Source of the DNA: Candidatus Micrarchaeota archaeon
GTDB lineage: Archaea; Micrarchaeota; Micrarchaeia; Anstonellales; Bilamarchaeaceae
NCBI GenBank assembly: GCA_040753215.1
Contig: JBFMEZ010000025.1
Coordinates: 87,905-151,904, forward strand
Reading direction: 5' to 3'
DNA length: 64,000 nt
Within the stretch, counting starts at the first letter, position 1; each line of letters opens with the position of its first letter. Positions 36,318 through 45,972 of the stretch are shown here, one piece after another. Under the pieces are notes generated by a model that worked only from the letters and a program-made list of their open reading frames with translations, was not told the DNA's origin and did no database searches. The position numbers and the translations under genes are program-made.

Positions 36318-38787
36318 GCTCCCGAAGGAGCTGGAGGACCTTCCTGGAATAGGGGAGGCGACCGCGGAGAGGCTGCGCAAGGCCGGTTATACATCTATGG
36401 ACCAGATTGCGGCCGCGATGCCCCACGAGCTCGCGGAAGCGGGTGAATTCGGGGCGGAAGCCGCAAAGAAGGCCATCGCAGTTGCGCAGGAAGCTGTGGA
36501 GACCGGCTACGAGACCGCGGACCTGATATTCGAGCGCAGGAAGGAAATCAAGAGGATTCCAACCGGCTCCAAGAACTTCGACGATTTGATTGGAGGCGGA
36601 GTGGAGACCCAGGCAATCACCGAGTGCTTCGGAAAGTTCAGTTCTGGGAAATGTGTTTCCGGGGATACCCCGCTGGTCTTCTTCAATTCCAGCTCCCCGC
36701 ACATTCGCTCCTTTGAGGACGTATATAATACATACAAGACCGAAGAGTTCGAGCAGGATGGCGGCACATTCTCCGTTCCCTCAAAGGAACTGCACGTGCT
36801 CAGCCTCGGGGATGACTGCCAATTGAGGAAGGAAAAGGTCCAGCACCTCTACAAGGAGAAAGTAACTTCGATACAAGAGATGGAAACCTCCCGCGGCTCG
36901 GTCATAAAGGCGACGAAGAGGCACCCGCTCCTCGTTTTCTCAGAAGAAGGGATGGAGTGGAAATCTTCTGGCCTTCTTTCCGAAGGGGCGTACGTTGCGG
37001 TGCCAAAAGAGATAAGGACAGAATCAGAGACGGAGATAAGCGCAGAGGATGCATATTTCCTCGGCCTCTTTGCCGCTGAGGGTACAGCCAATCCATTCAG
37101 CATAACCAACTACGATGAAAAAATAAACGCAAAGCTGCACGACTACATACGAAAGAGGTTCGGCAGGGAGCCGTCCTTCAGGAAGGAGAGGGGCCTCACG
37201 CTCCTTTTCAAGGACGCAGAACCTTTGCTCGGGGAGCTCGCCTCTTCCAATTCCGGGACGAAGTTCATACCGGACAGCGTGCTCAGCGGAAGTGATGAGA
37301 TTGCTGCCTCATTCCTGTCGGGCTACATAGATGGCGACGGCTTCGTCTCCAACTGCCCCGAGCTTTGCACGAAATCCGCAAAACTCGCCTCCCAGCTGAC
37401 CTACCTCCTTTCCCGCTTTGGGATAGGCTGCTCGGTCAGGCACAAGAAGGTGGAGGAGAGCAGGTTCTACAGGATTTTCATAACCGACGCAGGAAGCAAA
37501 ACGCGCCTCATGAAAATCCTGGGCCAGAGCACGAAGGGCCTGGATGCGCTTTCCTGCGAAGGCAAGCACTCGGAATACGGGATTCCGTCCAAACCATTGC
37601 GCACAATCCTGAAGCGGCTGCACGGGAAGCTCTCAGGCACGCACAGGAGGGACATCTCGGCCAAGAAGGCGGAAATAGCGGAGGGAAAGTTCTTCAGCCT
37701 CTATTTTAACTACCTTGCAAGGACTCCCGCGACCCGCGTGGCCACGGAAGAAACCGTGAAGCTTGCCCTGGATTTCTACAGGGAGAGGGTAGGGAAGATG
37801 CGCGGGCACGAGGCGCTCCTCTCGGAGCCAACAAGTGAAAAAATCCTCAACGCGCTTAGGGACATTCTGTTCAAGAGCACTGCCCTTGTGCAGAGGCTCG
37901 GGATAAAGAGGCCGACCTTCCAGAATTTCGTAACCAGGAAGAAAGTTCCGGAGGAAAGGGTTGCGCAGGTCGCCTCGGCTATCCGCACCCTTATTGCGGA
38001 GACTCTCTCGGACCCAGCCCTTGCAAAAGACCTCAAGACGCTGGAACTGCTCGCAAACGGGAACATGCGCTGGGAAAAGGTCATAAGGATGGAAGAGAAG
38101 CCCTACGACGGATATGTGTACGACCTGGTCGTTCCGGGGGCGCACAACTTCGTCGCTGGCTTCAAGCCGATGCTGATGCACAACACGCAGGTCGGCTTCC
38201 AGCTCGCGGTGAACGCCCAGAAGGCCCTCTCAGCCAACGGAACGCCCGCAAGGGTCCTCTTCATAGACACGGAAAGCACCTTCCGCCCGGAGAGGATAAT
38301 CCAGATTGCGGAGGCGCAGGGGCTGGATCCGCAGGAGGTCCTGAAGAACATCCTCGTCGCCAAGGCTGAGAACTCAGACCACCAGCTGATTCTCGTGGAA
38401 AAGGCCGGCAACGTAATCGAGAAGGAGAACATTAAGCTGATAATAGTCGACTCCCTCACCTCCCACTTCCGCGCTGATTACGTAGGCAGGGGCGCCCTTA
38501 GCGAAAGGCAGCAGAAGCTGAACAAGCACATCCACACCCTGCAGAAGTATGCGGACAAGTACAACATCGCAATCTATGTGACCAACCAGGTCATGGACAA
38601 CCCGGGGATTCTTTTCGGGGACCCGACCATGCCGATTGGAGGCCACATTTTGGCGCACGCAGCGACCTACCGCCTCTACCTGCGCAAGAGCAAGGAGGAA
38701 AAAAGGATTGCGAGGCTCGTGGATTCGCCCAACATGCCCGAAGGCGAGACGGTCTTCAAGGTCACGAAGGGCGGCGTAATCGATTAG
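36289..38787 (+). CDS. radA: RadA recombinase containing an intein
   Basis: LEDLPGIG, GGGVETQAITE.FGKFSSGK|TQ, IDTESTFRPER, DSLTSHFRA. Confidence 0.97.
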   Translation: MAEKTEKKYELPKELEDLPGIGEATAERLRKAGYTSMDQIAAAMPHELAEAGEFGAEAAKKAIAVAQEAVETGYETADLIFERRKEIKRIPTGSKNFDDLIGGGVETQAITECFGKFSSGKCVSGDTPLVFFNSSSPHIRSFEDVYNTYKTEEFEQDGGTFSVPSKELHVLSLGDDCQLRKEKVQHLYKEKVTSIQEMETSRGSVIKATKRHPLLVFSEEGMEWKSSGLLSEGAYVAVPKEIRTESETEISAEDAYFLGLFAAEGTANPFSITNYDEKINAKLHDYIRKRFGREPSFRKERGLTLLFKDAEPLLGELASSNSGTKFIPDSVLSGSDEIAASFLSGYIDGDGFVSNCPELCTKSAKLASQLTYLLSRFGIGCSVRHKKVEESRFYRIFITDAGSKTRLMKILGQSTKGLDALSCEGKHSEYGIPSKPLRTILKRLHGKLSGTHRRDISAKKAEIAEGKFFSLYFNYLARTPATRVATEETVKLALDFYRERVGKMRGHEALLSEPTSEKILNALRDILFKSTALVQRLGIKRPTFQNFVTRKKVPEERVAQVASAIRTLIAETLSDPALAKDLKTLELLANGNMRWEKVIRMEEKPYDGYVYDLVVPGAHNFVAGFKPMLMHNTQVGFQLAVNAQKALSANGTPARVLFIDTESTFRPERIIQIAEAQGLDPQEVLKNILVAKAENSDHQLILVEKAGNVIEKENIKLIIVDSLTSHFRADYVGRGALSERQQKLNKHIHTLQKYADKYNIAIYVTNQVMDNPGILFGDPTMPIGGHILAHAATYRLYLRKSKEEKRIARLVDSPNMPEGETVFKVTKGGVID
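36652..38184 (+). mobile_element. Intein (511 aa) with LAGLIDADG homing endonuclease, in the RadA P-loop
   Basis: Starts CVSGDT, T..HP block B, LGLFAAEG and LSGYIDGDG, VYDL.V...HNF, ends MHN followed by T. Confidence 0.95.
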
Positions 38788-38789
38788 TT

Positions 38790-40115
38790 ATGTCTTTTGA
38801 TTTTTCCCCCTTTTTGGAGGCATGCGCCGAGGCGAAGCGCACTGCCTTCTCCTTTTCCAATCCTTTAATCGTACATCACCTTGACGCCGACGGGGTATCG
38901 GCCGGCGCAATAATCGAATCCGCATTCTGCGCCGAATGGAGAAAGCACAGAAGGATTTGCATAAAGAAATTGGGCGATACGGAATTAGACCAGATAAAAG
39001 ATGAAAAAGAAATCATATTCGTGGATTTGGGCGGAGGCAATCCCCGCGTGAACGAGTTGCACGATGTCCTGATAATAGACCATCACCAGACCAAAGGCGT
39101 TGCGAAGCACCAGATTAATCCCCTCCTTTACGGAATAGATGGCGGGGACGAGCTCAGCGCAGCCGGAACCGCAGCACTGGTCTTCAATACCCACTACGAC
39201 CTCGGAGTTGTTGGTGCGGTGGGCGACATGCAATACCCCCTCCGCGGGGCCAACCGCCTCCTAATCGAGCGCGGGCAGAAGAAAGGCGAAATAGAACTCG
39301 CAAACGAGCTCCGCATGTTCGGCCGTTACTCCCGCCCCCTCACCCAATTCCTCGCCTACTCGGATGAGCCCTACCTTCCCGGCATCTCCTTCAATGAATT
39401 GAATGCGGAAAAATTCCTCTCGGATTTGCAAATCCCTCTCCAGAAAGGAGAGAAATGGCGCACCTACTCAGACTTATCCGGATCTGAAAAGAAAAAATTA
39501 GTTTCCGCCCTTTCCGACCTCCTGGTGGAGAAAGGAAAGCCCTTCCTCGCTGAAAATCTCATCGGCGAGACCTACCTCCTCACGAAAAGGGAAAAGAGGA
39601 GCGAGACCTTCGATGCTTCCGAATTCTCCACAATGCTCAACGCATGCGGAAGGCACGGCAGGCCGGATGTCGGGGTAGCTGTCTGCCTCGGCGAAAAATG
39701 GGCAGAAGAAGAGGCAGCGCAGCTCCTCCGCCTCCACAAGACAAGAATCCGCGAGGGAATTCTCTTCGCCCGCGAATCAATCGTGGATTTCGGCCCCTTC
39801 CTCTTCCTGGACGCACGGGACAAAATAGAGGATTCGGTGCTCGGGATAGTGTGCGGGATGGCAATAGGCGGCTCGCCCAAGCCGATTCTCGGAATCGCAT
39901 CTTCCGAGGAAGGAAAATCCATAAAGGTCTCGGCTCGTGGAACCCGCGGCCAGGTGGATGCAGGCCTAAACCTCGGGAATGCGATGGCTGCAGGCGCAGA
40001 AGCGTCGGGAGGGGTGGGCGGCGGCCACAAAATCGCCGCAGGAGCAAACATCCCTTCCGGGAACCTAAATCTTTTCCTTACGGCAGTCGCCGGTTACTTA
40101 CGTCAAAAGCCGTAG
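38790..40115 (+). CDS. RecJ-like DHH phosphoesterase (GAN/Cdc45-like)
   Basis: HHLDADG, IDHH, GAVGD.Q, LNACGR, GGGH..AAGA. Confidence 0.9.
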   Translation: MSFDFSPFLEACAEAKRTAFSFSNPLIVHHLDADGVSAGAIIESAFCAEWRKHRRICIKKLGDTELDQIKDEKEIIFVDLGGGNPRVNELHDVLIIDHHQTKGVAKHQINPLLYGIDGGDELSAAGTAALVFNTHYDLGVVGAVGDMQYPLRGANRLLIERGQKKGEIELANELRMFGRYSRPLTQFLAYSDEPYLPGISFNELNAEKFLSDLQIPLQKGEKWRTYSDLSGSEKKKLVSALSDLLVEKGKPFLAENLIGETYLLTKREKRSETFDASEFSTMLNACGRHGRPDVGVAVCLGEKWAEEEAAQLLRLHKTRIREGILFARESIVDFGPFLFLDARDKIEDSVLGIVCGMAIGGSPKPILGIASSEEGKSIKVSARGTRGQVDAGLNLGNAMAAGAEASGGVGGGHKIAAGANIPSGNLNLFLTAVAGYLRQKP

Positions 40116-40149
40116 CTATATATGGCACATAGCAACTTTTATATACCTT

Positions 40150-40737
40150 ATGCGGAAATACAATCCTATGGGTCCGTATTCTGGCGGCAGGTTTCTGCGC
40201 ACCAGCGCGATGCCGCCAAACGTAATAAAATTCACGCCTGAGAGGCGGAAGAGGGACGTTCTCCCGCCAGACCGGCTTATGCCGGCAAAAGTAATCGATA
40301 TTGCAGGGGCGCTGACAGCCAGGCGCAGCAAGGAGCTGGCCTCCGTAGCGTCTTCCCTGCAATCCGGCTGGAACATCCTGAGCGATGCCGTATTCCACGG
40401 AAAGGGCAGGCACTCCATCAATCAGGCGGTGGAATCAATGGCCGTAAGCCTCTCCAGGATAAGCGAGATAATCAAAAGGGACCCGCACGTGCTTTTTCTC
40501 CCGGCAAATGGACGCAGGCACCTCATGTCGGACCTTGCGCAGCTCATAAAGGAGTTCACGCAGCAGAAGGACAAGGGCGCATTCAGGCGCGCGGCAGAGC
40601 CGCCCAGCGACCACTGGCTCCTCGCCTGGGTGGTATGGAACTTCTATGTAATCGCCATGCTCACACACGGGCTGAAGATAAGCGAGGATGCAAAGCGCTA
40701 TGAAGAATTCCACCAGAAGGCAGCCACCCGGCATTAG
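40150..40737 (+). CDS. Hypothetical protein
   Basis: ORF filling the gap, TATA-like TTTTATATA upstream. Confidence 0.6.
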   Translation: MRKYNPMGPYSGGRFLRTSAMPPNVIKFTPERRKRDVLPPDRLMPAKVIDIAGALTARRSKELASVASSLQSGWNILSDAVFHGKGRHSINQAVESMAVSLSRISEIIKRDPHVLFLPANGRRHLMSDLAQLIKEFTQQKDKGAFRRAAEPPSDHWLLAWVVWNFYVIAMLTHGLKISEDAKRYEEFHQKAATRH

Positions 40738-41464
40738 GAAAAGCAGGAGGCTGGGCCAGCATTTCCTCAGCAGCCCCCAAATCCTGGAATTCGAAGCCGA
40801 AGCCGCAGGGGTGGAGGGCAAAACCGTAGTAGAAATAGGCGGGGGGGACGGAAGGCTCACAGAAAAGCTGCTTGCAAAAAGCCCGAAGAAACTGACCGTG
40901 GTGGAAAAGGATTCCCGATGGGCAGATTTCCTCGGGCACAAGTTCGGAGACAGGATAGAAGTCCTTCAGAAGGATTTCCTGGACACGGAGCTTGATGCGG
41001 AGATATTCGTGGGCAACATACCATACTACATCTCCTCCCCCATCATTTTCCACATCGCAAAAAGGGATTTCTTGCGCGCCCTCCTTATGGTCCAGGAGGA
41101 ATTCGCGGAGAGGATGGCCGCGAAGCCCCACACAAAAGAATACGGGCGCCTCAGCGTCACCTCCCAGCTCCTCTTCAGGATAAAACTCCTGAAAAAGGTG
41201 AAGAGGGGCGCCTTCTCGCCCCCTCCGGAAGTGGATTCCGCGATAATCCTGCTCGAGAAAAGAACATCCTCCCTGGACCCGTGGACAGAGAAGATAATCC
41301 TCGCCCTCTTCCAGCACAAGAACCAGATGGTTTCAAATGCCCTCAGGCATGCGGGCATAGCCCCGAAGGCATGGCTCCCGAAAAAGAGGCCCAGGGAGAT
41401 GGGCCCCGAAGAAATAGTAAAACTTGCGGAGTCTATCCGGCCTTCAGGTGCTGCTCGAGCGTGA
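40688..41464 (+). CDS. rsmA: 16S rRNA dimethyladenosine transferase
   Basis: LGQHFL, EIGGG.G.LT, NIPYYISSPI, YGRLSV, F.PPPEVDS. Confidence 0.93.
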   Translation: MQSAMKNSTRRQPPGIRKSRRLGQHFLSSPQILEFEAEAAGVEGKTVVEIGGGDGRLTEKLLAKSPKKLTVVEKDSRWADFLGHKFGDRIEVLQKDFLDTELDAEIFVGNIPYYISSPIIFHIAKRDFLRALLMVQEEFAERMAAKPHTKEYGRLSVTSQLLFRIKLLKKVKRGAFSPPPEVDSAIILLEKRTSSLDPWTEKIILALFQHKNQMVSNALRHAGIAPKAWLPKKRPREMGPEEIVKLAESIRPSGAARA

Positions 41465-41774
41465 AATTCTCCTCCCCCTCAACCGTAAGCTTCACCGGGC
41501 CCTGGGAGAGCGGATAAAAAAACTCGACCCTGTCCCCCGGCTTAAGGTCCTCTTTCACAAACACTATCGGCTCCTCGCCCACCACGTCCTCTATCACGGC
41601 CCTCTTTATCGGGATGAACGTCTGGAGGAACACCCTGCTCTTCCCCTCGTACGCGGTCTTCTCGAATTTGACGAGCGATGAGAACCTCCGCCACAGGAAG
41701 AAGAGTATTATCAGGAATACTGCCAGCCCGAAGAACGCAAACAAGCCCAGGAGTATCAGCTTTATGTCCATCAA
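41433..41774 (-). CDS. Hypothetical membrane protein
   Basis: N-terminal transmembrane helix; coupled to upstream genes. Confidence 0.65.
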   Translation of the reverse strand: MMDIKLILLGLFAFFGLAVFLIILFFLWRRFSSLVKFEKTAYEGKSRVFLQTFIPIKRAVIEDVVGEEPIVFVKEDLKPGDRVEFFYPLSQGPVKLTVEGEENFTLEQHLKAG

Positions 41775-42148
41775 ACCATCCCAAGCCTCGCCCTGGAACG
41801 CAGCACAATGACCTTTACTCCCGCATTTTTTAATTTATGCCTGAGCGCGGCATCGTTCGTCGCCACAACCGCGCCCTCCTTTTCGGCGTATTCAGCAATC
41901 CAGCCGTCCACATCCCCGGCGCTCCTCACCCTCCTTACTTTATGCGCCTCCAGGAACTTCAGCGCAAACCTCGCTGCCGCCCCCTCCTTCCCCCTGCCCT
42001 TCGCGAGCTTCCCAAGCTCCGCGGCCACGCCATCGGGCACGACAAGCTCGTGCGGCGCCTCCAGCAGCCCCTCAATCTGCTTTGCGATGTCCACTCCGAA
42101 CTGGTAGGGGAGGAGCAGGAAGTTCGTGTCCAGGACAACCTTCTTCAG
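41771..42148 (-). CDS. PIN-domain protein (Fcf1/Utp24-like)
   Basis: The frame extends upstream to KKVVLDTNFLLLP; VATND..L; probable CTG start overlapping the ftsY stop. Confidence 0.8.
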   Translation of the reverse strand: MKKVVLDTNFLLLPYQFGVDIAKQIEGLLEAPHELVVPDGVAAELGKLAKGRGKEGAAARFALKFLEAHKVRRVRSAGDVDGWIAEYAEKEGAVVATNDAALRHKLKNAGVKVIVLRSRARLGMV

Positions 42149-43245
42149 GATAGAATCTCCCCTATAATCCTGTCGGGGTCGAACGGCTCGATGTCCCCGT
42201 ACCCCTGCCCGGTCCCCACGTATATCACCGGCAGCCCGGTCACCTTTGACACGGAAACAACCGCCCCTCCCTTCGCATCGCAGTCCAGCTTGGTGAGTAT
42301 CACGCCGTCAAGCCCTATCTCCTTATGGAAAACCGAAATCTGCTCCACAATCGCGTTCCCCGCGATGCTCTCCCCGACATAAATCTTGAGCTGCGGCGCG
42401 ATGACCCTGTCCATCTTCTTCAGCTGGTTTATGAGGTTTATGTTCGTGTCCTGCCTTCCCGCAGTGTCTATGAGCACTGCATCCGCCCCGTGCGCCTTCG
42501 CGTATTCCACCGCGTCGAACGCGAGCGCGGTCGGGTCCGAGCCGTAGGCGCCCGAGACGACCTTCACCCCGAGCCGGTCCCCGTGGTGCCTAAGCTGCTC
42601 CACTGCAGCAGCCCTGAAGGTGTCCGAAGCCGCAATCACGACCGATAGCCCCTCATTCTGCAGCATCTTCGTTATCTTCGCTATCGTGGTTGTTTTCCCT
42701 GAGCCGTTCGGCCCCATGATCATTACCTTCGCAGGCTTTTCCGTTTCCCTCACCCTCTCCGGGATGGAAAAGCCCTTCACGCCCACAAGCCCGATGAGCG
42801 TCTCCCTGAGCTGCCCCTTCACGAATTCCGCGGTCTTTCCCTTCGGGATTTTCGCCCCCACGACCCTCTTCCTGAGCTCTTTCTTCACGTCCTCGGCAAC
42901 CTCAAGCGCCACATCGCTCTCTATGAGCCCGAGCTCCAGTTCGTCCAGCAGCTCCCCGACCTCGGATTCCTTTATCTCCGATGCGCCGGTGATGGTCTCC
43001 TTTACGGCAGAAAAGATATCCTTCCTTACCTTCCTTTCCAGCTCCGCGGTTTCCTGCCCCGCAACCCTTCCGGTTTCCAGTTTCCGGCTCCCAGTTTCCC
43101 GGGCGCGTTCCTCCCTCCTTTCCATAATTGGGGCGGCTGCCTCCGCCGCCTTTTTCTCTTCAAAAACAGCCTCCGGCTTCCTCTCCTCCTTCCCGGCTAT
43201 GCTCTCCACGAAACCCGAAATCTTCTTCTTCAGGAGCTCAAACAC
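42145..43245 (-). CDS. ftsY: SRP receptor FtsY
   Basis: GPNGSGKTTTIAK, DTFRAAA, DTAGR, TKLD.DAKGG, GTGQ.Y.D. Confidence 0.96.
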   Translation of the reverse strand: MFELLKKKISGFVESIAGKEERKPEAVFEEKKAAEAAAPIMERREERARETGSRKLETGRVAGQETAELERKVRKDIFSAVKETITGASEIKESEVGELLDELELGLIESDVALEVAEDVKKELRKRVVGAKIPKGKTAEFVKGQLRETLIGLVGVKGFSIPERVRETEKPAKVMIMGPNGSGKTTTIAKITKMLQNEGLSVVIAASDTFRAAAVEQLRHHGDRLGVKVVSGAYGSDPTALAFDAVEYAKAHGADAVLIDTAGRQDTNINLINQLKKMDRVIAPQLKIYVGESIAGNAIVEQISVFHKEIGLDGVILTKLDCDAKGGAVVSVSKVTGLPVIYVGTGQGYGDIEPFDPDRIIGEILS

Positions 43246-43285
43246 TCAATACCCTCTCCCTTCCGGCATCGTGCGCACCTGCGCA

Positions 43286-43690
43286 TCAGCCAGCCTCCTC
43301 ATGGGCCCTTCCCCCCTTTTCCCTGTATGCCTTTTCAAGCCTCGCGAACTCCTCGTCAGCCTTCCTGAGCTCGTTCCTGAGGTTCTGGATTGCGGCCTCA
43401 GTCATCTTCATGCGCGCATCTATCTCCTTCTTCGCGCCCTCCGCATCGTATTCCATTATGTAGTTCGCGCCTACCGGGATGTACACCTTCTTCGCCTCAA
43501 GCCTCGCCTTTATGAACGCCCCGCCGCCCACGGGCACGAGCCCCTGCTCCTCCTTCATCTGGGCGATTGTGGTGAGCGAATTGTTCAGGTCCAGCATGGA
43601 GAGCATCATCCTCTCCACCTCCCTCTCTATGTAATTCCTCTGCTGCCCCACAAGCCTTGCCCGCGAAACGATCTCTTCCCTCTCCATCAT
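43286..43690 (-). CDS. pfdA: Prefoldin alpha subunit
   Basis: LVPVGGGAFI, IPVGANY, coiled coils; synteny. Confidence 0.88.
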   Translation of the reverse strand: MMEREEIVSRARLVGQQRNYIEREVERMMLSMLDLNNSLTTIAQMKEEQGLVPVGGGAFIKARLEAKKVYIPVGANYIMEYDAEGAKKEIDARMKMTEAAIQNLRNELRKADEEFARLEKAYREKGGRAHEEAG

Positions 43691-43703
43691 CCCACCTTTT
43701 CCA

Positions 43704-43796
43704 GAGAAAACGCGGGGGAAGCGTCCCCCCCATTTTCTTCTATCTCTCTGACCCCCCTCAACTTCGCATCAAAATTCTTCTGACTTCTTCTTACGC
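43704..43796 (-). mobile_element. Type A element between LX and pfdA
   Basis: aaaacgcgggggaagcgtcccccccatttt, ctgacccccctc, cttacgc; flanked by ccacctt(t/c)tcca repeats. Confidence 0.72.
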
Positions 43797-43809
43797 TCCT
43801 AGCCGTCAT

Positions 43810-43986
43810 CTAGACCACCTTCTCCACGTTCTCGACCTTTATCATGCTCCTCGGTATCCCGTTCGCCGCCCCGAGCAGCATGTAGGCCTTCTCCACCGCG
43901 AATTTCTCGGTGCCTGCCTCGACCTCCTTGGCGAACTTTCTCCACTCCCTTCCAAGCCTCATCGTCCCGCTTACCCTGAATTTCAT
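43810..43986 (-). CDS. rpl18a: 50S ribosomal protein LX (L18Ae)
   Basis: Hand translation MKFRVSG...FAKEVEA...AVEKAY.LLGA..GIPRS.IKVENV; synteny. Confidence 0.85.
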   Translation of the reverse strand: MKFRVSGTMRLGREWRKFAKEVEAGTEKFAVEKAYMLLGAANGIPRSMIKVENVEKVV

Positions 43987-44022
43987 ATTTTCACCCTATT
44001 CCATCTATGAATCACTATTTCC

Positions 44023-44343
44023 TCATCCCACCTTTGCCCCTTCGCCCACATCCCTGTCCACCGTCAGCAGCACAACCCCTTTATCGTCCCATGCCGCCAG
44101 CAGCATCCCCTGCGATTCCAGCCCCATCATCTTTTTCGGCTCCAGGTTTGCTAGCACCACTATCTTCTTCCCCACAACCTCCTCAGGCGCATAGTCCTTC
44201 CCGATTCCGGCGACCAGCTGCCTCCTTTCCGTTCCGAGGTCCACATCCATCCTCAGGAGCTTCTCCGAGCCCTGGACCCTCTCCGCGGCGGCCACCCTCC
44301 CGATGCGCATCTCCAGCCTGGCGAAATCCGCATAGCTTACCAT
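44023..44343 (-). CDS. tRNA-binding protein (MetRS C-terminal/CsaA-like)
   Basis: YADFARLEMRIG, NLEPKKMMGLESQGMLLAA. Confidence 0.9.
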   Translation of the reverse strand: MVSYADFARLEMRIGRVAAAERVQGSEKLLRMDVDLGTERRQLVAGIGKDYAPEEVVGKKIVVLANLEPKKMMGLESQGMLLAAWDDKGVVLLTVDRDVGEGAKVG

Positions 44344-44347
44344 AGCC

Positions 44348-45022
44348 CTACCCCAGGAAGCCCAGCGCCTCCTCGGCCCTACCCATCTCAAAGGCGCTGG
44401 TGCCCTCTCCGGCCACATATCCCCGGTCGTTGGCGAGCATGCACACCGAAACGAACCCCGTCCCCATGTTTGCGGTGCCTTTCGCACCCTTCACCCTGAA
44501 GATCCTTTCCAGTTCCCCCACTTCCTCCTCATTCGCCCCGTAGTGCACAAGGAATCCCCTGTTGGTGGCAACGCAGAGCGAACCGACGGTGGCGTATCCT
44601 CCGATGTGCATCGGCACCAGCTCCACCCCGAGGCATTCCTCCATCCTTCTCCTCTCCGCCGCATGCACGTGCACGCTGATTATCCCGCCCCTGTCGTTCA
44701 CGGCGATGTTGTTCCCGTGCGCGTTCAGCTTCTCCCCGCTCGCGTAAACCTCCAGCCCGGTTTCAACCCTGAGCTTTCCCATGAGCGCCCCGTCAAACCG
44801 CGGCATGACAATCCCGCGCGAATTCATCGCCGCGTAAATACCGTTCAGGCTGCTCCCCCCCATGCCGCAAACCACCCCCCTGGTCCCGAGCGCGCCGCAT
44901 ACCCTGTGCACAAAGTTCGCGGAAGCGCCCTCCGGGAATATGGTGTGCGAGTTGTTCGTGGCCGCGAATATGCCGATGAACGGGTTTCCGTAGTAGGCGG
45001 CCTTCCTGTGCTCGAGCGTCAT
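44348..45022 (-). CDS. eif6: Translation initiation factor 6
   Basis: GNPFIGIF, GNNI.VND.G, GTANMG, T..FEM.R.EEAL. Confidence 0.9.
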   Translation of the reverse strand: MTLEHRKAAYYGNPFIGIFAATNNSHTIFPEGASANFVHRVCGALGTRGVVCGMGGSSLNGIYAAMNSRGIVMPRFDGALMGKLRVETGLEVYASGEKLNAHGNNIAVNDRGGIISVHVHAAERRRMEECLGVELVPMHIGGYATVGSLCVATNRGFLVHYGANEEEVGELERIFRVKGAKGTANMGTGFVSVCMLANDRGYVAGEGTSAFEMGRAEEALGFLG

Positions 45023-45417
45023 TTCTTCTCTTCCTTCTCCGGCCCTTTTTTGGATGCCTCCTTCCCTTTTTCCGGCGCTTCCTTCCCGTGCGCCTCTTTC
45101 GGGGCTTCCTCGGGCTCCTTCCCCTTTTTCTCTTCCTTCTTCGCCTCCTTCTTTTCCTCCGGCTTCTCGTCTATGAGGTAGGCCCTCACAACCCCCGCCT
45201 CCTTCACAGCCCTCATCTTCACCTTCCTGGGCGGCTTCTGCATCCCCCTCCGGAAAAGCAGCTCATTCGCCTTTTCGCTTATCTTCACGTCCTCCGCCTT
45301 CATGTGCCTTGAGAGGAATGAGCGCACGATCTTAACGGCCCTCCTTGCCCTCCTCACCCTGGAGTAATCGTACGCCTTTCCCAGTGGTATCGTATAAATC
45401 CTTTCAAGCTCAGCCAT
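45019..45417 (-). CDS. rpl31e: 50S ribosomal protein L31e
   Basis: ERIYTIPL, RA.RAV, RHMK, RG..KPP. Confidence 0.93.
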   Translation of the reverse strand: MAELERIYTIPLGKAYDYSRVRRARRAVKIVRSFLSRHMKAEDVKISEKANELLFRRGMQKPPRKVKMRAVKEAGVVRAYLIDEKPEEKKEAKKEEKKGKEPEEAPKEAHGKEAPEKGKEASKKGPEKEEKK

Positions 45418-45429
45418 GCTCTCACTCCT

Positions 45430-45511
45430 CCCTAAAACGCGGAGGGGAGCGCCCCTCCCCATTTTGAGGGTTCATTCTGACCCTCCCCCATCTCCCCTTT
45501 CCATTGCTTTG
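45430..45511 (-). mobile_element. Type A element flanked by an exact 15-bp direct repeat
   Basis: catgctctcactcct at 45415-45429 and 45512-45526; core nearly identical to 9066-9126. Confidence 0.82.
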
Positions 45512-45518
45512 CATGCTC

Positions 45519-45677
45519 TCACTCCTTAATCCTCAGCTTGCTGGTCCTCCATTCCCTTCTCCTGTTGTTCCAGAGGACCTTCCTTTTGGTCCTCACGGTG
45601 ACGAATATCGGCATCCTCCTGTTCTGCCTGCCCGCCTTCGCGAGCCTTCTCTTTTTCAGTCCGCTCTTCTTTCCCAT
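45519..45677 (-). CDS. rpl39e: 50S ribosomal protein L39e
   Basis: Hand translation MGKKSGLKKRRLAKAGRQNRRMPIFV...RRREWRTSKL. Confidence 0.92.
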   Translation of the reverse strand: MGKKSGLKKRRLAKAGRQNRRMPIFVTVRTKRKVLWNNRRREWRTSKLRIKE

Positions 45678-45686
45678 ATGAACACC

Positions 45687-45968
45687 CTACTTGAACACGA
45701 TCTTCGTTTCCCTTTCGCCCCCGCGCATCATCCGCAGAAGGGCAAGCACTTCCGCATCCCCGAGCTTCTTCCCGCCCCTCTTCGCGTACGCGAGAACCTG
45801 CCTCGCGGCAGCGGCATACAGCTCCGGCTTCGCAAGCCTCACGTTCATGAGCCGCTCATACGCTTCCGGGGTGAGGCAAAGGCGTAGCGCCGCTTTCAGC
45901 TGCGCCTCCATCCTTTTCGCTTCCAGGAGCCTTTCCTCTTCGCTCCCGGCTCCCTCCTCTTCGCCCAT
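45687..45968 (-). CDS. PDCD5-like DNA-binding protein
   Basis: LTPEAYERL.NVRLAKPE; synteny between S19e and L39e. Confidence 0.88.
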   Translation of the reverse strand: MGEEEGAGSEEERLLEAKRMEAQLKAALRLCLTPEAYERLMNVRLAKPELYAAAARQVLAYAKRGGKKLGDAEVLALLRMMRGGERETKIVFK

Positions 45969-45972
45969 ATAA

